A stretch of DNA of 64,000 bases from a virus: IMG/VR virus record IMGVR_UViG_3300025324_000011, positions 1 to 64,000 of that record, one strand, 5' to 3'. Below, piece after piece: positions 31,029-42,258 of this stretch. A program made the position numbers and the translations under genes. The notes beneath the pieces are model-generated. The model saw only the letters and a program-made list of their open reading frames with translations. It did no database searches and was not told the DNA's origin. Position 1 is the stretch's first letter. Each line of letters begins with the position of its first letter.

Positions 31029-32048
31029 ATGGGCGGTTCAAGCTACTCTCACGATGCATACTCAGCACGTGCGGCGTTTCGCGTTGCAAGCGCTACTCCA
31101 GTGTTCAAGCATGACTCAGACGTCCGCACGGGTAAGGCCGCTGCCGCCGTGCATGCCAACCTGAATCCCTATAACGTCAAACTGCGGGAAAGCCGGGATT
31201 CCGAAGAGCATGCAACAACGATCCCGATCGGCATTCTACTCGACACCACTGGCAGTATGGCTGAGGTGCCGAAAATCATCGAAGCGCGTTTGCCGCGTCT
31301 CATGGGATCATTTCTCGACGACAAGGCGAGCGGGAAGCGGTATCTCGGCGATGGATATCCCGCCATCCTCATCGGCGCAGTAGATGATTACGATGCTCAA
31401 ATCCGATGCGGCTACTCGCCGTCCGCTTCTGGATGTCTTCAGGTCGGACAATTCGAGAGCGGCATTGAAATCGACAACGATCTAGAGCGCCTGTGGCTCA
31501 CTGGTCACGGAGGGGGCACTTACGAGGAATCATATCAGCTCGGCATCTACTTCTTCGCTCGCCATACAGCACATGATCACTTCGAGAAGCGCGGCAGAAA
31601 GGGGTATCTATTCATCATCGGAGATGAGCACGCCTACGGAACGGTTGCCGCCTCAGAGGTCAAGGATGTTATCGGCGACACCATACAAGCAGATATTCCG
31701 CTCGCAAGCATCCTCGCTGAGGCTGGCCGCTTGTATCACACATTCTTTATCCTCCCGAATTTGACGCAACATTACGGAGACGGTAATCTCCGCGCCTACT
31801 GGATGAAACTGATCGGTCAACAAAACGTGATTCTCTTGGACGATCCAGAGAAGGTCTGCGAAGCAATCGTCTCGGCGGTTGCTCTCTGCGAGAGGCACGT
31901 CGGGATTGCGGATCTAGTTGGTGACGGCGTTGCCTCTGGAATCGAGAATGCGCTGGTGCCGCTGTCTGCATCTACGGCAGTTGCGCGCTTCAGTGCTGAC
32001 GCCCTGCCAGTCATAGATGGCGAAGGCGGCGAGATCGATCGCCTATGA
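31029..32048 (+). CDS. vWA (MIDAS) domain protein
   Basis: LLDTTGSM MIDAS, LQVGQFES, GGG..ESY, FIIGDE. Confidence 0.8.
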   Translation: MGGSSYSHDAYSARAAFRVASATPVFKHDSDVRTGKAAAAVHANLNPYNVKLRESRDSEEHATTIPIGILLDTTGSMAEVPKIIEARLPRLMGSFLDDKASGKRYLGDGYPAILIGAVDDYDAQIRCGYSPSASGCLQVGQFESGIEIDNDLERLWLTGHGGGTYEESYQLGIYFFARHTAHDHFEKRGRKGYLFIIGDEHAYGTVAASEVKDVIGDTIQADIPLASILAEAGRLYHTFFILPNLTQHYGDGNLRAYWMKLIGQQNVILLDDPEKVCEAIVSAVALCERHVGIADLVGDGVASGIENALVPLSASTAVARFSADALPVIDGEGGEIDRL

Positions 32049-33250
32049 TCGCCTATGCGGTCGCCGGAATGGCCTTCGGTGACGAAGGCAAGGGAGTAGT
32101 AACGGATTATCTATCCCGTCGCTTCGCAGCAGACATAGTGATCCGTTTCAACGGCGGCTCGCAGGCTCGGCACAACGTCATAACGCCATCGGGCATTCAT
32201 CATACCTTTGCTCAGTTCGGCGCCGGAACGCTGGCCGGCGCCGCGACTTTTCTTTCTCGCTTTATGCTAGTGGAACCGTGCGCGCTCTTGCATGAAGCAG
32301 CGACGCTCGCGCGCAAGGGAATCGCGGCCCCGCTTTCTCGAATGACGATTGACCCGGAATGCGTCATCGTCACGCCGTTCCATCGTTACGCAAACCGTCT
32401 TCGCGAAACAGCGCGCGGAAGCATGCGCCACGGATCAGTTGGACAGGGGATAGGCGAGGCGCGCTCCGATGAAATTGATGGATTAGCGTTACGTATAAAG
32501 GATCTATCAGAGAATCCGCGAGCCATATTGTCTCGTATTCAAGAAAAGAAGCTAGCAGAACTTGAGGCGATTTCTGGGGCTGACGCGAATCTCTATGAAG
32601 CGATTCGCAAAGAGAACACAGAATCACTGATTTCTGTCTATAGTCTCATGCTCCAGGCCGTTACGATCTCTCCGGCGCGGAGGGCGCTGAGTTCCGCAAG
32701 ACAAGCTATTTTTGAAGGAGCGCAGGGTGTGCTCTTGGATGAGATTCACGGCTATGCTCCCTACAACTCATGGACCGATTGCACATTCGGTAACGCGGTA
32801 ACTATTGCGGATGAGATGGGCTGGTCTCTGAATAAAGTAGGAGTTTTTCGTTCTTACTTCACGCGCCATGGAGCTGGACCGTTCGCCACGGAAGATAGCT
32901 CCCTTCGCGCGCCAGAGCCCCACAATGGAGCACATCCATGGATGGGGGAATTTCGCTGCGGTCATTTCGACATGATGGCAGCGCAATATTCCGCGAGAAT
33001 TGCGCGTCCCGACGCATTAGCCGTCACGCACATGGATCGCCGCCCATCCAATAAAGTTGCGATTGAATACAATGGCGGATTACCGAGGTATAAGGATGAA
33101 CCGCATTTGATCCGGGCAATGAATCAATCGCTCGGCGTTGAAATCGAATATCAATTCTTCGGCCCTACCGCCTCATACGGCAGGGCATTGCGAGACGAGA
33201 GAAGGCGCCGCCTTGATTACGCTGGACAAGCGATCCATTCAAACGCTTGA
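32045..33250 (+). CDS. adenylosuccinate synthetase-like protein (divergent)
   Basis: FGDEGKG, RFNGGSQARH, FEGAQGVLLD, TRHGAGPF, THMD. Confidence 0.85.
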   Translation: MIAYAVAGMAFGDEGKGVVTDYLSRRFAADIVIRFNGGSQARHNVITPSGIHHTFAQFGAGTLAGAATFLSRFMLVEPCALLHEAATLARKGIAAPLSRMTIDPECVIVTPFHRYANRLRETARGSMRHGSVGQGIGEARSDEIDGLALRIKDLSENPRAILSRIQEKKLAELEAISGADANLYEAIRKENTESLISVYSLMLQAVTISPARRALSSARQAIFEGAQGVLLDEIHGYAPYNSWTDCTFGNAVTIADEMGWSLNKVGVFRSYFTRHGAGPFATEDSSLRAPEPHNGAHPWMGEFRCGHFDMMAAQYSARIARPDALAVTHMDRRPSNKVAIEYNGGLPRYKDEPHLIRAMNQSLGVEIEYQFFGPTASYGRALRDERRRRLDYAGQAIHSNA

Positions 33251-33363
33251 ATTCAATCCCGTGGATTTTGTCCAACTAATTGAACCGAGAAGCTCTAGAC
33301 ATAGCGCTTGGCGCGACGTAGGCCACTATATCTAGTGTTGGCGCTGTTGGCACGGTGTCTGCA
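33237..33363 (+). promoter_or_regulatory. composite promoter A: 3 palindromes + tandem NrdR-like boxes + sigma54 promoter
   Basis: Palindromes at 33237, 33251, 33270; boxes at 33293 and 33324 (CACTATATCTAGTG); TGGCACGGTGTCTGCA with GG at 33349 and GC at 33361. Confidence 0.8.
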
Positions 33364-35695
33364 AGAGATATGGAGTGCGAGGCCACACCATGAACACGCT
33401 TCTCCAAGGCACAGAGAGCGCGCGAGAGCGGCGATCAGCTCGCAGTTGCGTTCGGCTGGAAGTATGCCTGAGCCCTGCGGGTAGGGGACCCGGTCCCCTG
33501 CCCGGAGCACTCAAGCGCAAGAGCAGGACGCACGAAGAGGAGACCGGACAATGACATATCAAATCACGCGGCACAGCGGGACAAGAAAATTCACCTGGGC
33601 GTGGTGCAACACACTGGAGGAAGCTGTCAGAATTGCAAATTCTGTCAGCATAAAAATTGTAGGAGAGCTGACCATCGTCGACTGCAACACGGGCAAAAGA
33701 TTCACGATTGCTCAAGCGATTGCTCAAGCGCAGGCCCGGAAAGAGCAGCTCGGAGCCTAGAACGACAAACCACAAGGATACTCAACTACTTTGCCAGTAA
33801 TCCTACAGGGCACACCACCGCTCTAGGACCAGTAGTGCAAAGACTGTTGCTCAACACCGACGGACAAGTGTTACTCATGGGTACACTGTACGAGATCAAA
33901 ACCGAGCATATTGGGGCAGGTGTTTACAAGTTATCACTTAGACCTTGGAAATAATAGGTCCAATGTCACTGCTGATCGTGGCGATAACCTACATCTCGGT
34001 CTGTCGAACGACAAACCACAAGGAGGAAGGTACCATGAAAATCCATCCGTTGAAATCTGCAGACAAGGCATACAACTGTGGGATTATCGACGAGCGCGAG
34101 GGTGAAGGCTTCTATCTCTACAAAATCTCTGCCGCGCACGAAGCAGAGTACGAAGCAGGACGTGAAGAAGAGCGAGAGAGGCGGGAGTACGAACGTAGGG
34201 GCAGAGTTATAGGCAGAATGTACAGACACTAGGTTGACAAAGCAAACTGAGAAAAGGAGAACGACAAATGATTGTCCGCTCGAACCCAAGAAAGCACAAA
34301 GAAGGCTATGCAGTAGATCTATATAACGGCCAGTCGAAAGAGATCCGTCTAGCAACAGTGTACGGAGCCACAGTCGCAGAAGCTGTGAACCGTTCTAGGT
34401 GGATCATGAGATCGCTTGAGATACTTCTAGAGAGAGGATTTTGACAACGGTTAGTAAAGTAGCCCAGCAAGATATCACACTGAATCAGACGCAAAAAGGA
34501 GAAACGAAATGTTGACCAGATACGATATCGTCGAAGAGGTCGAAGACAGCTCTCCACGCGAATGGAGAGTGCTAAGCAGAGACGAGACCGCACTACAGGC
34601 AGTGAAAACTCTAAGAGCTTTACGAAACATGAGTCCGTTAGCAAGGTTAGCTCGACGTGAGGCGTATGAGGCAGAGAAAGAGCAGGGCGTGTGCGATCGA
34701 TTTGGTTACAGGTACTTTACGTCACTCGATCTCAATCGAGGTCTACGGCAGTGATGGACACCAGTGACCGTCGCCGAATGATCCACTCCGGAGTCTGTCC
34801 TGCCTGTGGTGGCGACCTATCCGTCCGGGTACCTCGTAAGGTCAAGGTCTGTGCTCGGCATGGCGCCTGCGGCCGGCTATGGGGCCTCGACGGAGACGAG
34901 ATCATACAGGACGAGCATCCAATCGAAGCGCCCGCAGGATTCGAGGCAGCACGCTGGTACTGCGCCGCGCAGGAACAGGCCCTGCTCGCCGATCCGGCCG
35001 GTCGGGAAGCTCGGAACGAATCCCGGCGGCGGCCGGACGCGCCGGCCTGGACGGCCTGCCCGGTCTGCTCTTACCCTCACCCGGGAGACCGCTGTGATAA
35101 CCCCGGTTGCGTCGCCTCCGGCAACGTCCCGCCCGAGATCCAGGCCCGCCGGGAACGCGAAGCCGCGGAAGCGGCAGAGCGGGAGCGTTTTGCTCGCATT
35201 CGCTACGGGAAGGTGCTTTCATGAGACATCCCGTCTACGGACACCTCCACACTATCGCTGCCCGGCGTCCAGAGCGATTGTCCAGAAGTTTGAGAAAATC
35301 AACAAACGGCCGGCGTGCGGGCCGACAAGGGAGGAACTCAAAATGGTCACTTTGAAAGCATTGAGACAGAGAGCAGAAGGACTAGCCCGCCACCGCGGGC
35401 ACTCCTTGGCATGGGAGACACCATGGCAGGATGGTGAGCGCCAGTGTCAGAACGCCATCTGCTGGCACGGCAAATGCTTTGCCGAGGTGCAAATCATCAC
35501 ACGACCTTTGCCGAACGAGGCCGATGTTGGCGGATCCGGCGTCGCTGGGCCTTGTCCCTGTCGAGAGTGAGACGCAATACGGGCCAGGATGTTCCCCTAG
35601 CGGGGAGAGTACGGCGGGATTGGCGACTTGACGGCATGCCCGTCATGCTGTAAGGTAGCGGGAAATGGGATTCACCGCAAAAAAGGAGGAGAACG

Positions 35696-37063
35696 ATGGC
35701 GACCGAATACGATGGTGCCAAACGGGTAGATGCGCAGCGCTATCCTTGGGAGGAATTTTCGCGCGTCAAGATTGACGCTGCGCGCTCCTGTCGATGGACA
35801 GGGGCGCAGGAAGACCCGGCGGTTTGGCGAAAATTCCTCGAGAGTCTCGTTGTCTCGGGGCAGATCCAGCCATGCGTTATGGCGAAGGTCCCCCCGAACA
35901 AGGAAATCCATCTTCTTGTCGGATCTCGCCGCTTCCTGGGGATCAAGGAAATCAATGAAAATCTGCCTGAGTGGCAGGCTTGGATTGAGTCCAAGATCGA
36001 GGAAATTGCGAATCGCCTAGTCGCCGACACCACGCTCTCAGAGGCGCTCGCCGACGAATTGCATTCCTTGAAGCGTGTCTACGAGGACGCACGCAAGCGC
36101 ATAGAAGTCCCGATGTCGCTCATCTTCATGTCGCGGCAGGTTAGGTCTCGGGAGGAGGCTGACCGTATTGCCTTGGAGGAAAATGACAACAGGCTGGATA
36201 TGTCGCCGATGGACCGTGCGAACTTCGCCTACACGAAAAAGCAGAGAGGGGAAACCAATCGCGAGATCGCCGTGGCGATGAAGCTCAAATCGGCAACCGC
36301 TGTCAAGAATCTTCTAGAATATATCAGTCTCATACCCGAGGCTCAGGAACTGCTTCATCAAGGGCATCTCACTGAGGCCCTAGCGGGAAGAATGAGGCGA
36401 TTGCCAGCGGAGAGGCAACTAGAATTCTGTCTCGCCGCCAAGGAAGGCAAAAAGCCTTCGGAGCTTCTCAGACAAGCCAATTCTGAATCCCGCCTAGGTG
36501 GCGAACAGGTACTCCGTTCCGCCGCAGAGTTGCGTCAGAAACTCGCTGAAATCCGCAGTAAGGACGGAGACTTGATCGTAAAAACCATTGCGGCTTGGCT
36601 ACTGGAGTGGGTAAACGGGAATCCAGATGCCCCGGATCTGGAGACGATCTTCGCTGCCGACACTCTACCCGAGCCGCCGAAGCCTCCCGAGCCGAAACCG
36701 CCAAAGAGCCCAGGGGTTCCGAAGCCACCGAAGGTTCAAAAACCGAAGAAGGAAAAGAAAGCGAAAAAAGCTACTAGCGGTAAGCGGGGGCGCCCTCCCG
36801 GATCGAAGAACAAGAAACCGGCGCAGGCGGCATTACCGCTCCCCATGGATCCCGACGCCGACGCGCAGGAAGAATACGCTGACGATGTCCCGGCAATTGA
36901 GCGCGCGGAAGACATCGAGGTTCTGGAAGCCGAAGACGATACGCGCATGATCAGCGCCAGGGGGCTCCTCGACCCCGACGCAGGGTATGCCGATCCCTTC
37001 GAGGATCGGTCAATCATGGAAGCATTCGGGGATTCTGCCGTAGCCCGCGAGTGGCAGTGCTGA
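35696..37063 (+). CDS. ParB/Spo0J-like protein with low-complexity C-terminus
   Basis: SLVVSGQIQP, LLVGSRR, ALEENDNRLDMSPMD, HTH, Pro/Lys-rich tail with an AT-hook-like KRGRP. Confidence 0.75.
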   Translation: MATEYDGAKRVDAQRYPWEEFSRVKIDAARSCRWTGAQEDPAVWRKFLESLVVSGQIQPCVMAKVPPNKEIHLLVGSRRFLGIKEINENLPEWQAWIESKIEEIANRLVADTTLSEALADELHSLKRVYEDARKRIEVPMSLIFMSRQVRSREEADRIALEENDNRLDMSPMDRANFAYTKKQRGETNREIAVAMKLKSATAVKNLLEYISLIPEAQELLHQGHLTEALAGRMRRLPAERQLEFCLAAKEGKKPSELLRQANSESRLGGEQVLRSAAELRQKLAEIRSKDGDLIVKTIAAWLLEWVNGNPDAPDLETIFAADTLPEPPKPPEPKPPKSPGVPKPPKVQKPKKEKKAKKATSGKRGRPPGSKNKKPAQAALPLPMDPDADAQEEYADDVPAIERAEDIEVLEAEDDTRMISARGLLDPDAGYADPFEDRSIMEAFGDSAVAREWQC

Positions 37064-38028
37064 AAAGCGCGACCGCGGGTCAGGGGAAAGGGGGTGGTCA
37101 AGCAGCCGCCGTCAGCGACTTGGGCAAAGATCAGCGAGGCTGCAAAGGTGGAAAACGTGACGGGATCGCCGCATCGCAAAGAGATGAATGACGGCTGCGA
37201 CGATCAACTATGCTGGACATCCAGTGAGCGAAGAGGTGAGCATTGACTATTCGCGAATTTATCTTGCATAAGGTGGTACGCATCTATAGTGCGGAGAAGG
37301 GTTGGTGGGGAGGCGTGCTACTGGCTGGAAATCAAGAGGAGCAAGCGGCGAAGCTCGCCGCAGCAGGAATCAAGCCTCTCGGGAGGTGCTCCGAATGTCA
37401 TACCACCTACGTGCGAGACGGAGGCGATGCATGCGATCGATGCAATCCGCCAGCTGGCCGCCATGTCATTGGCGGGAAAATCGTAGTTTGTGCTGACGGT
37501 TGCAAGGTTTGCGCCGCCGAATCCAGCACTAAGGGTAAGAGCGCACACGTTCTTCCGCTGCGGCGCGAAGGGAAAACGAAAAATGAGAGAGGTTGAAGCC
37601 ATCAGTTCTCGCCGCTCTGGCCGGGATTGCCAAGAGTCCCATCCAAGTCCCGCAAGCGGTCCATCGTGGTGGTGTTGCTCTGGCGACTATCCGGAGCATG
37701 ATGCGACGTGCCAGAACCGCAAGCCTGAGTCTCCAGCGAGGCGGATTGATCCAATGCGCCGCAAGAGATTAGCAACTGATTTGCCGAACGGCGTGCCGCC
37801 TTGGGCACCGCTGCGCAGGGTTATTCGGCTTTCAGGTGGCCGCACGCCAGAGGCGGAGGCGGAGGCGCGGGATATCCTTATAGCCTGGGGACGGTCTCGC
37901 AATCTCAAAATGGGATCGCTCGAATCATTCGTCTTCCCGACTAAGCACGGGGGGCGTCGGATGCGAATCAATGGCGGGCGCGTCTATCTTGGGCCGGTGA
38001 ATTGCACGGACTGGTACGCCGATTTCTC

Positions 38029-38400
38029 GTGATATATCTAGCGATTCCGATCAAACACAACAACCCCGAGATTGAAGGCGCGCGCATCGAATGTGCCAAC
38101 CGAATCGCTGCGTTGTTTCATGATCGTGGAATTCCAGTGTTCTCGCCAGCCTCACATGGTGGCGCCTTCGCGCGTCACGGATCAAATGGACGCGGGTGGG
38201 ATTATTGGAAAAAAATAGATCTTCCGATCCTTACTCTATGCTGCTCTAAAATGCTGATCGTCAAGATCCCGGGATGGCAAGAATCGAGAGGAATCCAGGT
38301 CGAGAGAGCTGCTGCTATGGAAGTTGGAATTCCGATCGTTGAGATCATGCCGCATTATAAATTTATGCCTGAATTGATACGACAGCAGCTTGCATCCTGA
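38029..38400 (+). CDS. DUF1937 family (nucleoside deoxyribosyltransferase-like)
   Basis: IYLAIP..VFSPASH..W...D..GWQESRGIQVE. Confidence 0.75.
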   Translation: MIYLAIPIKHNNPEIEGARIECANRIAALFHDRGIPVFSPASHGGAFARHGSNGRGWDYWKKIDLPILTLCCSKMLIVKIPGWQESRGIQVERAAAMEVGIPIVEIMPHYKFMPELIRQQLAS

Positions 38401-38425
38401 CGGCTAATGTGATAGGTTGTCAAGC

Positions 38426-39532
38426 ATGCGGATAAGAGTCCACAGGCAATCGCTCCTCTCCTCCTTGCAAAAACTTTCCCATCTCACGAAGGGAAAAACG
38501 CTCCCGTTGTTGAAAGACGTTCTACTGTACGCAGAGGGCGGCGATCTAATCGTCGCCGCAACTGACCTGGAGTCAACGGCGCTTCATCGCCATGATGAGG
38601 CAGTAGAATCCCCGGGACAGCCGTTTGCAATCGACCGCGAACGACTCGCGCGTGCAGTCGATGCCATGGGTGGCGAGGAAGTCATCGCCGAGGTCGGAGA
38701 TGGTTTCCTTAACCTCGGAGAGGGAATGACGATCAGGTTCATTCCAGCCGACGCGCCCAACTTTCCGACGCTTCCGTCTTGGGAGCCCGGTAGTCCCATA
38801 GCACTTCCATTTTCTCCCGTGGTTGCCGCCCTATCGCGGGCCTACCTATTTGCCTCAAAAGAGGAATCTCGTTCCGAGATTGCCTCTATCCAATTGACGA
38901 CAGAGAAGAAAAAGGTTTCAGTCAGCAGCACGAACGGCAGGCGCCTATGGTATGAGTCGCTGCCGATTGACGATGCTGAATCGACAGAATTTCTGATTCC
39001 CTCCTTCGCCGCAAAGCTGATCGATTCTCTCCCGTCATCGAAGGAGCTACGCTTGGCGAGAAGCGATGCCAGCCCAGGGCACATTTATGTCTGGAGCGAC
39101 GATTCCGAAAGGCTCATGATCAGGGCGTGGGAAGGAACATTTCCAAACGTAGAAACAATACTGAAACAGCAACCGGAGGCATCCTCATCATTCATTGCAG
39201 AGTCGGGGAGTGATCTTGTCTCTGCGCTACGAAGAGCGGCGGTTGTATCGCAAAACGCAAACCTGATCTGCGACAAAGATGGCCTCATGGTCGCCGCGTT
39301 CGGTGATGACACGGGCTCCGTCAGCGTAGCCGTTAGCGGAGAGAGCGAGACTGAGTTTGATCTCTCTCTTCCGATCGCTCAGCTCATAGAGACCTGCTCA
39401 GCGCTAGACGCAGGGAACGGAAATATCATCCTCCAGCATGCTTCTCTCGTGGGCGGGGGCGGAGGACCGCTATTCTTGACTTGCTCGGCGCATCCCGAGC
39501 GGATCTCCCTGGTTATGCCGATGCGGCGATAG
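38426..39532 (+). CDS. dnaN: DNA polymerase sliding clamp (beta subunit)-like
   Basis: AATDLE, FPTLP, STNGRRL, EGTFPN, C-terminal LVMPMR. Confidence 0.85.
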   Translation: MRIRVHRQSLLSSLQKLSHLTKGKTLPLLKDVLLYAEGGDLIVAATDLESTALHRHDEAVESPGQPFAIDRERLARAVDAMGGEEVIAEVGDGFLNLGEGMTIRFIPADAPNFPTLPSWEPGSPIALPFSPVVAALSRAYLFASKEESRSEIASIQLTTEKKKVSVSSTNGRRLWYESLPIDDAESTEFLIPSFAAKLIDSLPSSKELRLARSDASPGHIYVWSDDSERLMIRAWEGTFPNVETILKQQPEASSSFIAESGSDLVSALRRAAVVSQNANLICDKDGLMVAAFGDDTGSVSVAVSGESETEFDLSLPIAQLIETCSALDAGNGNIILQHASLVGGGGGPLFLTCSAHPERISLVMPMRR

Positions 39533-39539
39533 AGCGCGC

Positions 39540-40940
39540 ATGGACTACGAAGACTTTATTGCCTCGAAGGCAGCATCGCGTCGCTTCGAGGGGATCGAAT
39601 CTACAGATCTTCCGAGCGTAATGTTCCCATTTCAAAGAGACTTGACTAAATGGGCGTTGCGAAGAGGAAGAGCTGCCATATTCGCCGGTACCGGTCTCGG
39701 TAAATCACTCATGGAGCTCGCGTGGGCAAGGGAAATCTCCAAGCTTGGCCGCGTGATCCTGGTTGCTCCGCTGGCCGTCGCTGAGCAAATGATCGGAGAG
39801 TCCAATAAATTCGATATTCCAGCGACATATACGCGGCGTGGCGAAAGATGCAGATCCCCAATAACAATCACCAATTATGAGCTTCTGCGGCATTTTAATG
39901 CAGATGATTTCGTCGGCGTAATTCTAGACGAATCAGGGATCATGAAGGACTTCACCGGCGCGATGCGCAACCTTTTAATCGAGATGTTCGCCGAGACTCC
40001 GTATCGTCTCGCTTGTACCGCAACGCCGGCGCCTAACGATTACACAGAGCTAGGGAATCACTCGGAATTCCTTGGAATTAAAACTAGAACAGAAATGCTG
40101 GCTGAGTATTTCGTTCACGACGGAGAGACGACGCAAGAATGGCGACTCAAGCGTCACGCCGAAAATGATTTCTGGCGATGGGTTTGCTCATGGGGAGCAA
40201 TGATATCGCAGCCCTCTGATCTGGGATACGAGAATGAAGGCTTTGATCTCCCGCCGCTAAGAATGCACGATGTACGGGTTGACGTCGGAGATTCTGATTT
40301 CATGGCCGAGGGTTATCTTTTCCCGCCGGCCGCGCGAACGCTGAGCGATCAGCGAACGACGCGCAGGGCAACAAGAAATCAGAGGATCGGAGCGGCCGAA
40401 AAGATCCTGCTGAATCATCCGTCGAAGCCCGCAGTAGTTTGGTGCGAATTGAATACCGAGCAAGACGAAATGTCCGAGGCTCTTGGTTCTCGGGCGGTTT
40501 CAATCTACGGCTCTATGACCCCGGAGGAAAAGGTATCACTCCATCAAGAGTGGATCCGCGGATCGGTTCCATTCCTTGTCACAAAGGGATCGATCTTTGG
40601 GCATGGGATGAATTGGCAGCATTGTGCGCGCCAAGTGTTCCTGGGCTCCAGTCATTCCTTCGAGATGATCTATCAGTCTATCCGCAGGTGTTGGCGATTC
40701 GGACAGACAAGTCCAGTTGATATTTATATGATCTCGGCGGCCACGGAATCTGCAATCGTCGCAAATTATAGGCGCAAGGAAGCTGATTTCGCGCGAATGA
40801 CGGGAGCGATGATCGAACATATGCGGGACACGATGCGCGCCGAGATCTCCTCGGCTCCGCGAGAGTGGAATGATTATACCGCCGAGGTTGATATGATCAT
40901 CCCTGAATGGCTCAGGAGGGAAGAGTCGGCATGCGCGTAA
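39540..40940 (+). CDS. SNF2-like SF2 helicase
   Basis: GTGLGKS, ITNYE, ILDES, TATP, GMNWQ, QSIRRCWRFGQ. Confidence 0.9.
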   Translation: MDYEDFIASKAASRRFEGIESTDLPSVMFPFQRDLTKWALRRGRAAIFAGTGLGKSLMELAWAREISKLGRVILVAPLAVAEQMIGESNKFDIPATYTRRGERCRSPITITNYELLRHFNADDFVGVILDESGIMKDFTGAMRNLLIEMFAETPYRLACTATPAPNDYTELGNHSEFLGIKTRTEMLAEYFVHDGETTQEWRLKRHAENDFWRWVCSWGAMISQPSDLGYENEGFDLPPLRMHDVRVDVGDSDFMAEGYLFPPAARTLSDQRTTRRATRNQRIGAAEKILLNHPSKPAVVWCELNTEQDEMSEALGSRAVSIYGSMTPEEKVSLHQEWIRGSVPFLVTKGSIFGHGMNWQHCARQVFLGSSHSFEMIYQSIRRCWRFGQTSPVDIYMISAATESAIVANYRRKEADFARMTGAMIEHMRDTMRAEISSAPREWNDYTAEVDMIIPEWLRREESACA

Positions 40941-41935
40941 TCGATCAGGGGGGAGGCGCATCGTTCACAGCGTATCGCGGAGATTGCGTTGAGATTGTGC
41001 GCGGAATACCAGATTGCTCAATAGATTATTCTATTTTCTCTCCGCCCTTCGCCTCATTGTACACTTATTCTGCGTCTCCGCGAGATCTCGGTAACTGCAA
41101 GACGCATGAAGAATTCGCTGCGCACTTCAGGTATCTTATTCCTGAATTATTTCGCGTGACCAAGAACGGTAGACTCCTTTCATTCCATTGTATGGTATTG
41201 CCTACATCGAAGGTCAGAGACGGCGTTATCGGTCTTACCGATTTCCGCGGGAATCTCATAAGGGACTTCACTGAGTGCGGCTGGATTCATCATTCAGAGG
41301 TAGTGATTTGGAAAGATCCCGTAACGGCCATGCAGCGGACAAAGGCTCTCGGATTGCTCCACAAGCAGATCGTGAAAGACAGCGCTATGGGTCGCCAGGG
41401 AATTCCAGACTATCTCATTACAATGAGAAAGCCCGGCGTCAACGAGGAGCCGATTCCTGAATGCTTCGATCGCTATTTTGGAGAAGATCCAGCGCCAACC
41501 GATCCCTATACCACGGATTTCCATACTCGCAACCCCTACTCAATCGCGGTGTGGCAACGTTACGCCTCTCCTGTGTGGATGGACATCAAGCCAAGCGATA
41601 CCTTGCAATACAGGTCTGCTCGCGAGCATGCGGATGAACGGCACATAGCGCCCTTGCAGCTTACGGTTATACGGAGAGCCGTTGAGTTATGGACAAACCC
41701 CGGCGACGTAGTCCTTTCGCCGTTCTCTGGCATTGGCTCCGAGGGCGTTGTCTCGCTGGAAATGCAGCGCAGATTTATCGGAATTGAATTGAAGAAATCA
41801 TATTACGAGCAAGGGGTCAGGAATCTGCAAGCGGCAGAATCGCAACAAGGGTCGATGTTTCCAGATTCCGTTAGGGGCTACGCAGGCGAGATAGCCACTG
41901 ATCTGGTGGATGACAAAGACGAGGGCGACGATTAA
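40931..41935 (+). CDS. N4-C/N6-A DNA methyltransferase (beta class)
   Basis: GDCVE, FSPPF catalytic motif, VLSPFSGIGSEG SAM motif. Confidence 0.9.
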   Translation: MRVIDQGGGASFTAYRGDCVEIVRGIPDCSIDYSIFSPPFASLYTYSASPRDLGNCKTHEEFAAHFRYLIPELFRVTKNGRLLSFHCMVLPTSKVRDGVIGLTDFRGNLIRDFTECGWIHHSEVVIWKDPVTAMQRTKALGLLHKQIVKDSAMGRQGIPDYLITMRKPGVNEEPIPECFDRYFGEDPAPTDPYTTDFHTRNPYSIAVWQRYASPVWMDIKPSDTLQYRSAREHADERHIAPLQLTVIRRAVELWTNPGDVVLSPFSGIGSEGVVSLEMQRRFIGIELKKSYYEQGVRNLQAAESQQGSMFPDSVRGYAGEIATDLVDDKDEGDD

Positions 41936-42258
41936 GGCTGACCGTCCATACCGAACGCTTCGGCTATCAAGTGGCGAACGCAGGTTCCGATTGGGACGCC
42001 TCGTTGCGCTGCGGCCCTTGACAACTTATCGCTCAGGCTTTCCGAGATCTCGACTTGGATGCGCTTGGTTCCACGTGTCGGATCTGCCGGCAATCTCCTG
42101 TATGCCATCGGATCGTAAGATGGCCGGTGCTTCTTGACGATCGCGTGCGCAGTCTGACGCGAGCATTGAATGCCGCGTTTTTGCAGGCGCTTGGCAATAC
42201 GCGATGCCACGACTTCGCCAGCATCAAACTCCTGCAATATATAGACCCGAAGGTTCAT
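41932..42258 (-). CDS. HTH + RHH regulator-like protein
   Basis: KRIQVEISESLSDKL..IGTCVRHLI; own TTGACG-18-TAAGAT promoter. Confidence 0.55.
   Translation of the reverse strand: MNLRVYILQEFDAGEVVASRIAKRLQKRGIQCSRQTAHAIVKKHRPSYDPMAYRRLPADPTRGTKRIQVEISESLSDKLSRAAAQRGVPIGTCVRHLIAEAFGMDGQP

Noticed and set aside
32045-33250. PurZ / 2-aminoadenine genome system
   Set aside because: Has GDEGKG rather than the Ser-type PurZ motif; no adjacent DatZ, MazZ or DNA polymerase recognised.
37095-37200. c-di-GMP-I riboswitch-like GGGCAAA...GCAAAG inside a GCAGCCG..GTCA/TGACGGCTGC stem
   Set aside because: P2 is too short and no tetraloop/receptor or P3 is recognisable.
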